This document shows positions 9,578 to 19,761 of a stretch of 64,000 bases of DNA, one piece after another. The notes under the pieces were generated by a model, which saw only the letters and a list, made by a program, of their open reading frames with translations, was not told the origin of the DNA and did no database searches. The position numbers and the translations under genes are program-made. Source of the DNA: an uncultured Holophaga sp. (GTDB taxonomy: Bacteria; Acidobacteriota; Holophagae; Holophagales; Holophagaceae); the NCBI GenBank assembly GCA_963664825.1, contig OY761614.1, positions 480,001 to 544,000 on the forward strand, given 5' to 3'. The stretch's first letter is position 1. The number at the start of each line of letters is the position of its first letter.

Positions 9578-11071
9578 ATGAAATACATGGGGGCCATCGA
9601 TCAGGGGACCACGAGCACGAGGTTCGTCCTCTTCGATTCAGAGGGTCGGGTCAAGGCCTCGGCCCAGAAGGAGCACCGCCAGATCTATCCCCAGCCCGGG
9701 TGGGTGGAACACGACCCCCTCGAGATCTGGGCCAACACCCAGGAAGTGATCCAGCGCGCCCTGCTGCAATCCGGCGTCCAGACCCGGGAAATCGGGGGCA
9801 TCGGCATCACCAACCAGCGGGAAACCACGATGCTGTGGGACCGGACCACGGGCAAGCCGCTCTACAACGCCATCGTCTGGCAGGACACCCGCACCGCCGA
9901 TCTCTGCACGGAGCTGGAGGCGCGGTGCGGCATGGACTCCATCCGCAGCCGCACGGGACTGCCCATCTCCACCTACTTCTCGGGGCCCAAGCTGCGCTGG
10001 ATCCTCTCGAACGTGCCTGGAGCCGCCCAGGCCGCCCGGGAAGGGAGGGCGCTCTTCGGCACCATGGACACCTGGATCATCTGGAATCTCACGGGGGGCC
10101 GCGCCCACGTCACCGATCCCTCCAACGCCAGCCGGACCATGCTCTACAACATCCACCGCCTGGAATGGGACGAGCGTCTCCTGGCCGACCAGGGAATTCC
10201 CGCCTCCATCCTGCCCAGCGTGCGCCCCTCCAGCGCTCCGGGAGGCTATGGCACGGTGCAGGTGGCTCCCCTGAAAGGCGTGCCCGTGTGCGGGGACCTG
10301 GGGGATCAGCAGGCGGCCCTCTTCGGCCAGGCCTGCTTCGAACCCGGAGAGGCCAAGAACACGTACGGCACGGGCTGTTTCCTGCTCATGAACACCGGGG
10401 AGAAGGCGGTGCCCTCCCGCCACGGCCTGCTCACCACCATCGCCTATCAGATGGGCGACCGCCCCGTGTGCTACGCCCTGGAGGGCTCCATCGCCATCGC
10501 CGGCTCCCTGGTCCAGTGGGCCCGGGACAAGATGGAACTGGTGACCAGCGCCGCGGAGATCAACGTTCTGGCCGCCCGGGTGCCCGACAACGGCGGGGTC
10601 TACGTGGTGCCGGCCTTCTCCGGGCTCTTCGCCCCCCACTGGCGCAAGGATGCCCGGGGGATCATCGCCGGGCTCACCCATTTCGCAGGCCGGGCCCATA
10701 TCGCCCGGGCCATCCTGGAGGCCACGGCCTACCAGACCCGGGATATCTTCCAGGCCATGGCGGAGGATTCCCGAGTCTCCCTCAAGGCCCTGAAGGTGGA
10801 TGGGGGCATGACCGCCAGTTCCCTGCTGATGCAGTTCCAGGCCGATATCCTGGGTGTGCCGGTCATCCAGCCGGTGGTGGCGGAGACGACATCGCTGGGG
10901 GCGGCCTACGCCGCAGGGCTCGCGGTGGGTTTCTGGAAGGACGAGGCGTCCCTTCGGGCCAACTGGGCCAAGGCCGCGGAGTGGCGGCCCTCCATGGACA
11001 CCGCCACCCGCGAGCGCCTCTGCGCCGGTTGGCAGAAGGCCATCGAACGCAGCCTGGGCTGGGAGGAATGA
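9578..11071 (+). CDS. glpK: Glycerol kinase
   Basis: [47 protein letters not shown]. Alternative GTG start at 9572. Confidence 0.97.
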   Translation: MKYMGAIDQGTTSTRFVLFDSEGRVKASAQKEHRQIYPQPGWVEHDPLEIWANTQEVIQRALLQSGVQTREIGGIGITNQRETTMLWDRTTGKPLYNAIVWQDTRTADLCTELEARCGMDSIRSRTGLPISTYFSGPKLRWILSNVPGAAQAAREGRALFGTMDTWIIWNLTGGRAHVTDPSNASRTMLYNIHRLEWDERLLADQGIPASILPSVRPSSAPGGYGTVQVAPLKGVPVCGDLGDQQAALFGQACFEPGEAKNTYGTGCFLLMNTGEKAVPSRHGLLTTIAYQMGDRPVCYALEGSIAIAGSLVQWARDKMELVTSAAEINVLAARVPDNGGVYVVPAFSGLFAPHWRKDARGIIAGLTHFAGRAHIARAILEATAYQTRDIFQAMAEDSRVSLKALKVDGGMTASSLLMQFQADILGVPVIQPVVAETTSLGAAYAAGLAVGFWKDEASLRANWAKAAEWRPSMDTATRERLCAGWQKAIERSLGWEE

Positions 11072-12541
11072 ATGGGTGACGCTTTCGACGTGATCATCAT
11101 CGGCGCAGGAATCGTCGGGGCCATGGTGGCTCGGCAGCTCTCCCGCTTCGATCTGAAGGTGCTGCTGCTAGAGAAGGAATGCGATATCGGCATGGGCGCC
11201 AGTTCGGCCAATAGCGCCATCCTCCACGCGGGCTTCGATCCCAAACCCGGATCCCTCAAAGCTAGGCTCAACGTGGCGGGCAACAAGGCCTGGGACACCC
11301 TGTGCCTGGACCTGGATATCCCCCTGCGGCGCACGGGCAGCTACGTGGTGGCCATCGGGGAGGAGGAACTGCCCACCCTGGAAGGGCTCTTCAAGCAGGG
11401 ACTGGATAACGGCGTCCCCGGGCTTCGGCTCATCCAGCGCTCTGAAATGCTCACACGGGAGCCCCTCATCAACCCTGCGGTGGCCGGAGCACTCTTCGCC
11501 CCCACAGCCGGGGTGGTGGATCCCTTCCAGGCCGTGATCGCCGCGGCGGAGAACGCCGTGGCCAATGGCGTCACGGTGATGCTCAATTGCGCCTTCGAGG
11601 ACTTCGAGCGGAAGGACGGCCGGATCAGCGCGGTGAAGACCAGCCGGGGCACCTTCCCCTGCCGCTTCGCGGTGAACTGCGCCGGGGCCGGGGCCGCCCG
11701 GGTGCTGAATGCCGCCCTTCCCGGATCCACCACCCAGCTCCAGTTGCGGCGGGGCGAGTACCTCATCTATGACCAGAGCGAGATCATCCTGAACAATGTC
11801 CTGTTCCCCACCCCCAGCGAGAAGGGGAAGGGGATCATCGTCTCCACCACCACCCACGGCAACGTGATGATCGGCCCCAACTCCAACTTCGTGGAAAGCC
11901 AGGACGAGAGGGGGACGACTCCGGAAGGCCTGGACGAGATTCTCGGCCATGCCAAGCGCCTGGTCCCCTCCATGGGGACCCAGGGCATCGTGGCCCAGTA
12001 CGCGGGGCTGCGAGCCTGCGCCGAGCCCGATGATTTCACCGTGGAGGCCCCCCGGGAGGCGCCGGGTTTCATCAATGTGTTCGGCATCAATTCCCCAGGC
12101 TTCGTCTCAGCCCCGGCCATCGCGGACCTGGTCCGGGACCTCCTGCGGGAAGAGGGGCTGGAACTGAGACCCCGCTGGGAGTTCCGACCCGAGCGCAGGG
12201 CCTCTCCCCGCTACCACGCCCTCTCCCACAGGGAAAAGGCGGAACTCATCGCCCGGGAACCCGCGTACGGCCGCATCGTGTGCCGCTGCGAGGAGATCAC
12301 CGAAGGGGAGATCATTGCCGCCATCCATTCCCCCATCCCGGCCACCACCTATGATGCGGTGAAGCGGCGCACCTGGCTGGGCACCGGCCGCTGCCAGGGC
12401 GGCTTCGACTACCCGAGGGTGCTGGAGATCCTGTCCCGGGAGCTGGGCATTCCCCTCTCAAGCGTGACCAAGAAGGGCCCGGGTTCGGAATTCATCCACC
12501 GGGGCACCAAGGACCTGGAGGCCCCCCATGGAACGCTGTGA
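11072..12541 (+). CDS. FAD-dependent oxidoreductase with BFD-like [2Fe-2S] domain (GlpA/LhgO-like glycerol-3-phosphate dehydrogenase subunit)
   Basis: IIGAGIVG; ASSANSAILHAGFD; C-terminal IVCRCEEITEGEI...GRCQGGF; follows glpK. Confidence 0.88.
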   Translation: MGDAFDVIIIGAGIVGAMVARQLSRFDLKVLLLEKECDIGMGASSANSAILHAGFDPKPGSLKARLNVAGNKAWDTLCLDLDIPLRRTGSYVVAIGEEELPTLEGLFKQGLDNGVPGLRLIQRSEMLTREPLINPAVAGALFAPTAGVVDPFQAVIAAAENAVANGVTVMLNCAFEDFERKDGRISAVKTSRGTFPCRFAVNCAGAGAARVLNAALPGSTTQLQLRRGEYLIYDQSEIILNNVLFPTPSEKGKGIIVSTTTHGNVMIGPNSNFVESQDERGTTPEGLDEILGHAKRLVPSMGTQGIVAQYAGLRACAEPDDFTVEAPREAPGFINVFGINSPGFVSAPAIADLVRDLLREEGLELRPRWEFRPERRASPRYHALSHREKAELIAREPAYGRIVCRCEEITEGEIIAAIHSPIPATTYDAVKRRTWLGTGRCQGGFDYPRVLEILSRELGIPLSSVTKKGPGSEFIHRGTKDLEAPHGTL

Positions 12542-13823
12542 CGTCGCCATCATCGGAGGCGGCCCAGCCGGCATGGCCGCGGCCGTGGAGGCCCGCAGGC
12601 ACGGGGCCGAGAAGGTCATCATCCTGGAGCGGAACCGCGATCTGGGGGGCATCCTGCCCCAGTGCATCCACAACGGCTTCGGATCGGTGCTCTTCAAGAA
12701 GGACTATCCCGGCCCCCATTACGCCGATCTCTTCATCCAGCAGGTGCGGGAGGGAGGCATCGATGTGCGCCTGGATACGACAGTATTGGAACTGATGCCC
12801 TCCCGCACCCTCTACGCCACCAGCAGCGCCAATGGCTTCCAAGAAATCCAGGCGGGAGCCGTGGTGCTGGCCATGGGCTGCCGGGAGCGCACCCGCGCCC
12901 AGATCCGGGTGGCGGGAGAGCGCCCGGTGGGGGTCTACACAGCCGGGACCGTGCAGCGCCTGGTCAACATGGAAGGACTGATGCCCGGGAAGGAATTCGT
13001 CATCCTGGGTTCCGGGGATATCGGCATGATCATGGCGCGGCGCCTCACCCTTGAGGGGGCGAAGGTCAGGTGCGTGCTGGAGGCCCTGCCCTTCCTGACG
13101 GGACTCCGGCGCAACTACGTGCAGTGCCTCCAGGACTACGCCATCCCCCTCTCCCTTTCCACCACCATCCGTCGGATCATGGGCAAACAGCGGGTGGAGG
13201 CCGTGGAGACCGTGAGCGTGGACGGGGAGCTCCGCCCCATCCCGGGCACCGAATCCATCATTGCCTGCGATACGGTGCTGCTCTCCATCGGACTCATCCC
13301 CGAGAACGAGCTCTCCCGCAAGGCCGGGGTCAACCTGGACGAGCGCACCTCCGGTCCCCTGGTGAACGAGCGGATGGAAACCTCCATCCCGGGGATCTTC
13401 GCGGCCGGGAACGTGGTGGCCATCTACGATCTCGTGGACTACGTGAGCAAGGCGGGCATGACAGCGGGCCGTGAGGCCGCTGCGTACGCCACGGCGGGCA
13501 GGACGGAACGGGACACACTGCCCATCGCCCTCATACCGGGCCAGGGCGTCCGCACGCTCATCCCCCAGACCCTCAATGGAGATGCGCCCTCGGACACGGA
13601 GATCCATCTGGAATTCCGGGTGGATCGGGTCTACGACCGGAAGGTCCGCTTCGACCTCACGGACGGCCTCCGGGTCTTCCACAGCTTCAAGGAACCCTAT
13701 GCCCGGCCCGCAGAGATGGTGATCCACCGATTCAAGGTGGGAGCCCTGCTGGAGGCTATGGGGCCGGGGGTGAAGACCCTCGAACTCCGTGTGGTGGAGA
13801 TGGAGGCCGCACATGCCCAATGA
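12528..13823 (+). CDS. Pyridine nucleotide-disulfide oxidoreductase (partner subunit of the GlpA-like enzyme)
   Basis: IIGGGPAG; LGGILPQCIHNGFG; LAMGCRER; ILGSGDIGMIMARRLTLEGA; GIFAAGNV. Confidence 0.88.
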   Translation: MERCDVAIIGGGPAGMAAAVEARRHGAEKVIILERNRDLGGILPQCIHNGFGSVLFKKDYPGPHYADLFIQQVREGGIDVRLDTTVLELMPSRTLYATSSANGFQEIQAGAVVLAMGCRERTRAQIRVAGERPVGVYTAGTVQRLVNMEGLMPGKEFVILGSGDIGMIMARRLTLEGAKVRCVLEALPFLTGLRRNYVQCLQDYAIPLSLSTTIRRIMGKQRVEAVETVSVDGELRPIPGTESIIACDTVLLSIGLIPENELSRKAGVNLDERTSGPLVNERMETSIPGIFAAGNVVAIYDLVDYVSKAGMTAGREAAAYATAGRTERDTLPIALIPGQGVRTLIPQTLNGDAPSDTEIHLEFRVDRVYDRKVRFDLTDGLRVFHSFKEPYARPAEMVIHRFKVGALLEAMGPGVKTLELRVVEMEAAHAQ

Positions 13824-14196
13824 CCCGCGCGCCTACATCTGCATCCGCTGCCCCAGGGGCTGCGAGGTGCGGTTCGATCTGGACGAGGAAGGACAGATCC
13901 AGGATCTGACGGGGAATTTCTGCAAGCTGGGGGAGACCTACGTCCGGAGTGAGCTCACCGATCCCCGCCGGACACTCACGACGCTTGTCAGGGTGCGTAA
14001 CGGTGTCAGCCCTCTCGTGCCCGTCTGGACCGAGGAACCCGTGCCCAAGGACCGTGTGCTGGAACTGGCCGAGATGCTTCGGGGCATCATCCTGGAGGCT
14101 CCCGTAAAAATAGGCCAGGTAGTGCTGGCCGATCCCCTGGGGGTGGGCATTCCCGTGGTGGCCAGCGGCAACGTGGAAGCAGAGGCAACGCGATGA
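13813..14196 (+). CDS. DUF1667 family CxxC small subunit
   Basis: ATG 13813 after GGAGG; ICIRCPRGC; DPRRTLTTLVRV; APVKIGQVV; usual third gene of this trio. Confidence 0.85.
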   Translation: MPNDPRAYICIRCPRGCEVRFDLDEEGQIQDLTGNFCKLGETYVRSELTDPRRTLTTLVRVRNGVSPLVPVWTEEPVPKDRVLELAEMLRGIILEAPVKIGQVVLADPLGVGIPVVASGNVEAEATR

Positions 14197-14798
14197 ATCG
14201 ATTCAGTCTCGTATCCATGATCGCTCTCTTCCTGGTGCTACCCGCTCTGGGCGCCCCCGTGACGGTTGGACAGAAACTGCCGGATATCCAGATCCCCAGG
14301 AAGGGCCTCCTGGTGCCTCGCACCAAGGTGGTCGACAGGAGGATGGTGCTTTCGGGCAGGGAGATCGGCTACCGGGCCTGGAATTCCCGGGAGGGGGCCG
14401 GGAAGGTCCGCACCATCTACCACCTGGCCGCCCGCATGGGGGTCGACGATCTCAACAAGGCCTATATCGATGCCCTCATCGCGGCCCAACTGCCCGAGTT
14501 CACGCCGGACGCCCCCTACAAGACCATCACGATCCTCAACCTGGACGACGCCTTGTGGGGCACCGTGGGCCTGGGGAAGAGCCGCCTGGAGGAGAGCCAG
14601 CGCAGGCATCCCTACGCCGTCCATGTGATGGACGACCTGGGCATCGCTCGGGCGGCCTGGAATCTCCAGCCCAAGAATTCCGCGGTGATCGTGCTGGACC
14701 GGGACAATTCGGTACTCTTCTTCAAGGAGGGCAGGCTCAGCTCCGACGAGATCCGGAAGGCCGTGGACATCATCAAGGCCAAGGTCGGGCTGAAGTAG
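14193..14798 (+). CDS. YtfJ family exported protein
   Basis: Signal peptide; GKVRTIYHLAAR; YKTITILNLDDALWGT; AWNLQPKNSAVIVLD. Confidence 0.85.
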   Translation: MNRFSLVSMIALFLVLPALGAPVTVGQKLPDIQIPRKGLLVPRTKVVDRRMVLSGREIGYRAWNSREGAGKVRTIYHLAARMGVDDLNKAYIDALIAAQLPEFTPDAPYKTITILNLDDALWGTVGLGKSRLEESQRRHPYAVHVMDDLGIARAAWNLQPKNSAVIVLDRDNSVLFFKEGRLSSDEIRKAVDIIKAKVGLK

Positions 14799-14811
14799 GC
14801 AGGGGGAGACC

Positions 14812-16179
14812 ATGGAGATCAACACGACCCTCGAGGCCCAGCGGGCCTTCTTCGCCACCCACCAGACGAAGGAACTGGGTTTCCGGCTCGAGGCCCTGAA
14901 AAAGCTCGAGAGGGCGATCCTCGCCCACGAACAGCGGCTGTACGCCGCCATGCAGGCGGATTTCCGCAAGCCGATCTTCGAATCCTACGCCACGGAAATC
15001 GGGCTGGTCCTTTCGGAGATCCGCTTCCACCGCCGGCATCTGCGGAAGTGGATGCGACCCGAAAGCGTGGCGGGCGATCTGGTGAACTTCCCCTCCAGCA
15101 GCCGGATCTACCGGGAGCCCTATGGGGTCGCCCTCATCATCGCCCCCTGGAACTACCCCTTCCAGCTCCTCATCAACCCCCTGGTGGGGGCCATTTCCGC
15201 AGGCAATTGCGCCATCCTCAAGCCCGCCGACTACACCACCCACACGGCCCAGGCCATCGCCGACATGATCCGGGAGGTCTTCGAACCCCGGTACATCGCC
15301 GTCTTCACGGGAGGCCGCACCGTCATCCAAGCCCTCCTGGAGGAACGCTTCGATACGATCTTTTTCACCGGGAGCCCCGCCCTGGGGAGCCTGGTGATGG
15401 AGAAGGCCTCCCGCCATCTCACGCCTGTGTCGCTAGAACTGGGCGGCAAGAGCCCGTGCATCGTGGACGCGGACGCGAACCTGGAGATTGCCGCCCGGCG
15501 CATCGCCTGGGGGAAGTTCCTGAACGCAGGCCAGACCTGCGTGGCCCCGGACTACCTGCTGGTCCACCGCTCCGTGAAGGAAGCCCTGGTGGCAGGACTG
15601 AAGCAGGCCATCACCCGCATGTACGGGGAGGAGCCCCTGCAGAGCCCCGATTTCGCCCGCATCATCAACGACAAGCAGATGGCCCACCTGAAACGGATGC
15701 TTTCCACAGGCACTGTCCTGTGCGGAGGCGAGGTGATCGAAGGCGAGCGCTACGTGGCGCCGACCCTGCTGGAACCGGCCAGCCTGGAAGACCCGGTCAT
15801 GCAGGAGGAGATCTTCGGACCCATCCTGCCCGTGCTCACCTTCGAGTCCCTCGAGCAAGTCATCGCCCTGGTGAACTCCCGTCCCAAGCCCCTGGCCTTC
15901 TACTTCTTCTCGGGCAGTCGCCGCAGCCAGGAATACCTGCTCTCCCGCACCTCTTCGGGAGGGGGCTGCATCAACGAGGTGGTGGCCCATCTGGCCAATC
16001 ACGCCATGCCCTTCGGGGGCGTGGGCGGCAGCGGCATGGGCGGCTACCACGGCTGGTACAGCTTCGAGGCCTTCTCCCACCGGCGCTCCATCCTCAAGAA
16101 GGCCACCTGGCTGGACGTGCCCCTGCGCTACGCACCCTATGCGGGCAAGCTGGGGATCGTGAAGTGGATCCTGAGGTAG
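14812..16179 (+). CDS. Aldehyde dehydrogenase, ALDH3 (fatty/aromatic aldehyde) type
   Basis: IAPWNYP, FFTGS, LELGGKSP, GKFLNAGQTCVAPDY, EEIFGP, PFGGVG.SGMG.YHG. Confidence 0.93.
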   Translation: MEINTTLEAQRAFFATHQTKELGFRLEALKKLERAILAHEQRLYAAMQADFRKPIFESYATEIGLVLSEIRFHRRHLRKWMRPESVAGDLVNFPSSSRIYREPYGVALIIAPWNYPFQLLINPLVGAISAGNCAILKPADYTTHTAQAIADMIREVFEPRYIAVFTGGRTVIQALLEERFDTIFFTGSPALGSLVMEKASRHLTPVSLELGGKSPCIVDADANLEIAARRIAWGKFLNAGQTCVAPDYLLVHRSVKEALVAGLKQAITRMYGEEPLQSPDFARIINDKQMAHLKRMLSTGTVLCGGEVIEGERYVAPTLLEPASLEDPVMQEEIFGPILPVLTFESLEQVIALVNSRPKPLAFYFFSGSRRSQEYLLSRTSSGGGCINEVVAHLANHAMPFGGVGGSGMGGYHGWYSFEAFSHRRSILKKATWLDVPLRYAPYAGKLGIVKWILR

Positions 16180-16185
16180 GCGGCC

Positions 16186-17226
16186 TCACCACACCGATAG
16201 ATGGATCTCCGTGAGGCCCTTCATCCGGTCCAGCTGAATGGTGCGTCCACCTTCCCCGGTCAGGCTTCCGGAAAATTCCCCGAAGAACTGGCGGAAGTTG
16301 ACCCTGAGGAAGGGCAGGCTGGTCTTCTCGGCCCGTTCCCCCAGGGGCTTGAAGCGCAGCTCCACCCGGCCATCCTCGGTGAAGATCCGCCAATCCTCCG
16401 CGTAGGGGTTCTCCGGGTCGTACTGGAAGATCACACAGGGGATCCGGGTGCGCTCTGGGCCGATCCAGAAGGCGTTTTCCGGATAGTAGGACTCGTTGAC
16501 CAGGGCCGCGAAATTGGCGCCCACGGGGGTGCCGTCGGGCAGCAGGCCGCAGAGGGCGGCCCAGAGCCAGTTGGTGTGGCGGTTGAAGTACCCGCAGGAC
16601 CAATCGTAGAGGGCCGTCGTGCGGGCCAGATCGAACTCCCGAGGCGCGCCGTCGAAGCGCACGGAGAGGGATTCTGGACGCAGGGGGGAACACTTTTCCG
16701 TGAAGGTGAACCGATTGGGATCGCCGCAGCTGGGATTCACCACCCGCAGAGGCTTGTGGCCGAAACCGTAGGGGAAGGTCCCCTCCACGCAGAGGCGCTT
16801 CCCGAAGCTGGCTTCCACATCCAGGAGCCCCCGATCGTGGGATTTATCGATACGGAGCCAGCACCCGGAGCCCTGGAATTCGATCACGGATTCGTCGGGG
16901 TTCAGTGGAAAGGAAAGCCTGGATGAGAGGGCCTTGGCGGCACCCTCGAAGAGCTCCCCCGTGCGGAAATCGAAGAGGTAGCCGAACACATTGGCCGCGT
17001 ATCCCAGTTGCACGGCGGCCAGGCCAAGCAGGAAATCCTCTCCCACGATGCCCAGGTAGTTGAAGGCCCCAAGAGCGAACCTCTTGCGCAACCCCGTGAG
17101 CTCCCGGCCGAAGAAGTTCCGGAGACGGAAGGCCTCCGGGTTGAAGTGGATGGGGCCGTCGAAGCAGCCGAAGTTGACGCGTCCCCCTTCGGTGATGAGG
17201 ACGTGCGATTGATGGGATCGGGTCAT
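16186..17226 (-). CDS. DUF2804 family protein
   Basis: FTFTEK, YDWSCGYFNRHTNWLWA, ENAFW, FRQFFGEFSG, GLTEIHLSVW C-terminus. Confidence 0.8.
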   Translation of the reverse strand: MTRSHQSHVLITEGGRVNFGCFDGPIHFNPEAFRLRNFFGRELTGLRKRFALGAFNYLGIVGEDFLLGLAAVQLGYAANVFGYLFDFRTGELFEGAAKALSSRLSFPLNPDESVIEFQGSGCWLRIDKSHDRGLLDVEASFGKRLCVEGTFPYGFGHKPLRVVNPSCGDPNRFTFTEKCSPLRPESLSVRFDGAPREFDLARTTALYDWSCGYFNRHTNWLWAALCGLLPDGTPVGANFAALVNESYYPENAFWIGPERTRIPCVIFQYDPENPYAEDWRIFTEDGRVELRFKPLGERAEKTSLPFLRVNFRQFFGEFSGSLTGEGGRTIQLDRMKGLTEIHLSVW

Positions 17227-17256
17227 GGCGCATCCGGGTTTCCTCCAGAATACGCA

Positions 17257-17294
17257 TTGACAGGGGAAATCAAGAAGTATACTTGTCTAGACAA
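17257..17294. promoter_or_regulatory. Divergent sigma70-like promoter region with GntR/HutC-type operator
   Basis: TTGACA 17257-17262; palindromic AAGTATACTT 17275-17284 (TATACT on both strands; 15-nt spacer on +); perfect palindrome TTGTCTAGACAA 17283-17294 just upstream of gntR. Confidence 0.7.
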
Positions 17295-17314
17295 TACCCC
17301 AAAGGCAGCCTTCC

Positions 17315-18046
17315 ATGAAAACCACCCTCGCCGCTTCCATCCGGGAAGGCATCCGTTTGAGGATCGAGACCGGGGAATGGGAGAGCCGGATTCCCTCGGA
17401 GCCAGAACTGGCCATGCTCTTCGGGGCCAGCCGGGAGACGGTCCGCAAGGCCCTGGCCGCCCTGGAAGCGGAGGGCCTGCTCTACCGGATCCACGGCAAG
17501 GGGACCTTCGTGGATGCGGCGCTCTCCTTCAATCCCCTCTCCGATGCCCTCTCCATCACGGAGGAACTGGCCCATTCGCACCTGCCCGTGAAGAATGTCG
17601 TGCTGGAATCCGGGTGGATCCCCCCCAGGGAAATCCCGTCGACCTTCCTCCGGAACGCCTTTGGCGAGGACGCCCGCGTCTTCCGGCTGAAGCGCCTGCG
17701 CATGAGCCGGGATCAAACCTGGGCCGTGGAGATCTCCTATTTCCGGGAGAGCGTGTTCCCGGGGCTCGAAGCGGTGGACTTCAAAGGTTCCCTCCACGAC
17801 CTGATGACCTCCAGGTATCGCCTGTCCCCGGATCGGGTGAGGAACCGCCTCCAGGCCCTGGATTTCCGATTGAAGGCCGACAGGGACCTCGCCGGAGCGC
17901 TGGGGAGCAGGCAGGCCGTTCGCGTGGAGCGGGTCCTGGACCGGAAGCGGCATATCTACTACGCCGTCAGTTTCACCATGCGCACGGATCTGTATCCGCT
18001 GGAATTCACGCAACTGCCCGCACGTTCGGGGGGGGGGATCCGATGA
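17315..18046 (+). CDS. GntR (HutC/UTRA subfamily) transcriptional regulator
   Basis: IPSEPELAMLFGASRETVRKALAALEAEGLLYRIHGKGTFV followed by a UTRA-like C-domain. Confidence 0.93.
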   Translation: MKTTLAASIREGIRLRIETGEWESRIPSEPELAMLFGASRETVRKALAALEAEGLLYRIHGKGTFVDAALSFNPLSDALSITEELAHSHLPVKNVVLESGWIPPREIPSTFLRNAFGEDARVFRLKRLRMSRDQTWAVEISYFRESVFPGLEAVDFKGSLHDLMTSRYRLSPDRVRNRLQALDFRLKADRDLAGALGSRQAVRVERVLDRKRHIYYAVSFTMRTDLYPLEFTQLPARSGGGIR

Positions 18047-19752
18047 AAGGCCCGCGCAGTGCGGATTTCCATGTAGAGGGCAAGCCCCTCTCCTGGAGCG
18101 CCCGGGATCGGGCCGAGGCCCTGGCCCAGGCCAGGACCCGGGACTTCGAGCTGGTCATCATTGGCGGCGGCATCACCGGGGCCGGCATCGCCCGGGAGGC
18201 CGCCCTGAGGGGCATCTCCTTCCTGCTCCTGGACAAGGAGGATTTCGCCTTCGGCACCTCCAGCCGTTCCTCCAAGCTGGCCCACGGAGGCATCCGCTAC
18301 CTCTCCCAGCAGGAATTCGGCCTGGTGCGGGAATCCACCACGGAGCGCAACTGGCTCCGCAACGCCCTCCCCAACCTGGTGCGCCCCCTGGGCTTCTACT
18401 ACTGCGCCTACAGGAACGGCAAGGACACCCCCTTCAAGGTGCACTTGGCACTCCGGCTGTACGACCTGCTCTCCAATCTCTTCTCCCGGTTCAAGAACGT
18501 GGCGCCCCGCCGCTTCTTCACGCCCGCCGAGATGGCTGCCCGGGAGCCCGCCCTCGGGACCAAGGGGCTCCTCCTGGCGGGCCTCTACTACGACACCAAC
18601 GTGGACGATGCCCGGCTCACCCTCGAGACGATCAAGGAGGCCCGGGATCTCTCGGGGGGGCTCTCCGTGGCCCTCAACTACGCAAGCGTCGCGCGGGTGC
18701 TCCTGGAGGATGGCCGGGTCCAGGGCGTGGACGTGGAGGACCGGAGTTCCGGCCAGCACTTCACGGTCAAGGCCACCTGCGTGGTGAACGCCACGGGCAT
18801 CTGGACCGACGAGACCCTCGCCCGGGCGGGGAAGGATTCGAAGCTGATCCGGCCCACCAAGGGCGTCCACGTGGTGGTTCCCAATGCCAGGCTGGGGAAC
18901 GGGGAGGCCTTCGGGCTCCGCTCCATCGACGACGGGCGCTTCTTCTTCGTGCTCAGGCGCGGCGAGGTCTCCGTCCTTGGCACCACCGATACCGACTACG
19001 CGGGCAACCTGGATGAGCCCTTTTGCCACAAGGAGGACTGCGACTACCTCATGAGGACGGTCAACACCGTGTTCCCCCAGGCCCATCTGAACTACGACGA
19101 TATCCTCTCCACCTACGCCGGCATCCGCCCCCTCGTCAGGGAAGAAGGCCGGGGCGAGTCCGCCGTTTCCCGCAGGCACGTGATCCAGGACGGGGGCAAC
19201 GGCCTGTTCACCATCGCCGGAGGCAAGCTCACGACCTTCCGGACCATGGCCTGGGAACTGCTCAGCCAGTGCTCGCGGAAAGGCTATCTCCGGCCCCTGA
19301 AGGGCCGGGAGAAGGGCCGGGACTTCTCCCGCAGACCCTACAAGGCAGGGCTATCCTGGCAGGCCTTCGAGGTGCTCCTGAAACTCCTGGAACTGGACAG
19401 CCTCGTCCCTCCAAGCGTCCTGCGCCACCTCCACCAGCAGTACGGCCAGGGCGCCCTGGGGATCCTCCGGGAAATCCAGCAGAGCCCTGCCACCGGGCTG
19501 CCTTTGCTGGAAGGGCACCCTTACTGCCCCGCGGAGATCCACCACATCCTCGCCTTCGAAAACGCGCCCCATCTCGTGGACGTGATGCTGCGCCGCACCG
19601 AGATGCAGATGCTCGTCTCCCACAGGCTCCAGGCACAGCTGGCCACCCGCGTGGCCGCCCTCATGACCGACAGCTACGGCTGGAGCGAGGCGCAGAAGCA
19701 GCAGGAGCTGGGCCAGTATCTGGGCTATATCCGAAGGACGATCTTCTTCTGA
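18043..19752 (+). CDS. glpD: FAD-dependent glycerol-3-phosphate dehydrogenase/oxidase family
   Basis: ATGA overlap with gntR stop; IIGGGITGAG, DFAFGTSSRSSKLAHGGIRYL, DDARL, RPTKGVH, YAGIRPL, AGGKLTTFR. Confidence 0.92.
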   Translation: MKGPRSADFHVEGKPLSWSARDRAEALAQARTRDFELVIIGGGITGAGIAREAALRGISFLLLDKEDFAFGTSSRSSKLAHGGIRYLSQQEFGLVRESTTERNWLRNALPNLVRPLGFYYCAYRNGKDTPFKVHLALRLYDLLSNLFSRFKNVAPRRFFTPAEMAAREPALGTKGLLLAGLYYDTNVDDARLTLETIKEARDLSGGLSVALNYASVARVLLEDGRVQGVDVEDRSSGQHFTVKATCVVNATGIWTDETLARAGKDSKLIRPTKGVHVVVPNARLGNGEAFGLRSIDDGRFFFVLRRGEVSVLGTTDTDYAGNLDEPFCHKEDCDYLMRTVNTVFPQAHLNYDDILSTYAGIRPLVREEGRGESAVSRRHVIQDGGNGLFTIAGGKLTTFRTMAWELLSQCSRKGYLRPLKGREKGRDFSRRPYKAGLSWQAFEVLLKLLELDSLVPPSVLRHLHQQYGQGALGILREIQQSPATGLPLLEGHPYCPAEIHHILAFENAPHLVDVMLRRTEMQMLVSHRLQAQLATRVAALMTDSYGWSEAQKQQELGQYLGYIRRTIFF

Positions 19753-19761
19753 GGGGATGCT

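Noticed and set aside
17008..18042. 914-aa ORF suggesting a long N-terminal extension of glpD
   Set aside because: The first 345 aa overlap DUF2804 and gntR out of frame and are low-complexity; the real start is the ATGA overlap at 18043.
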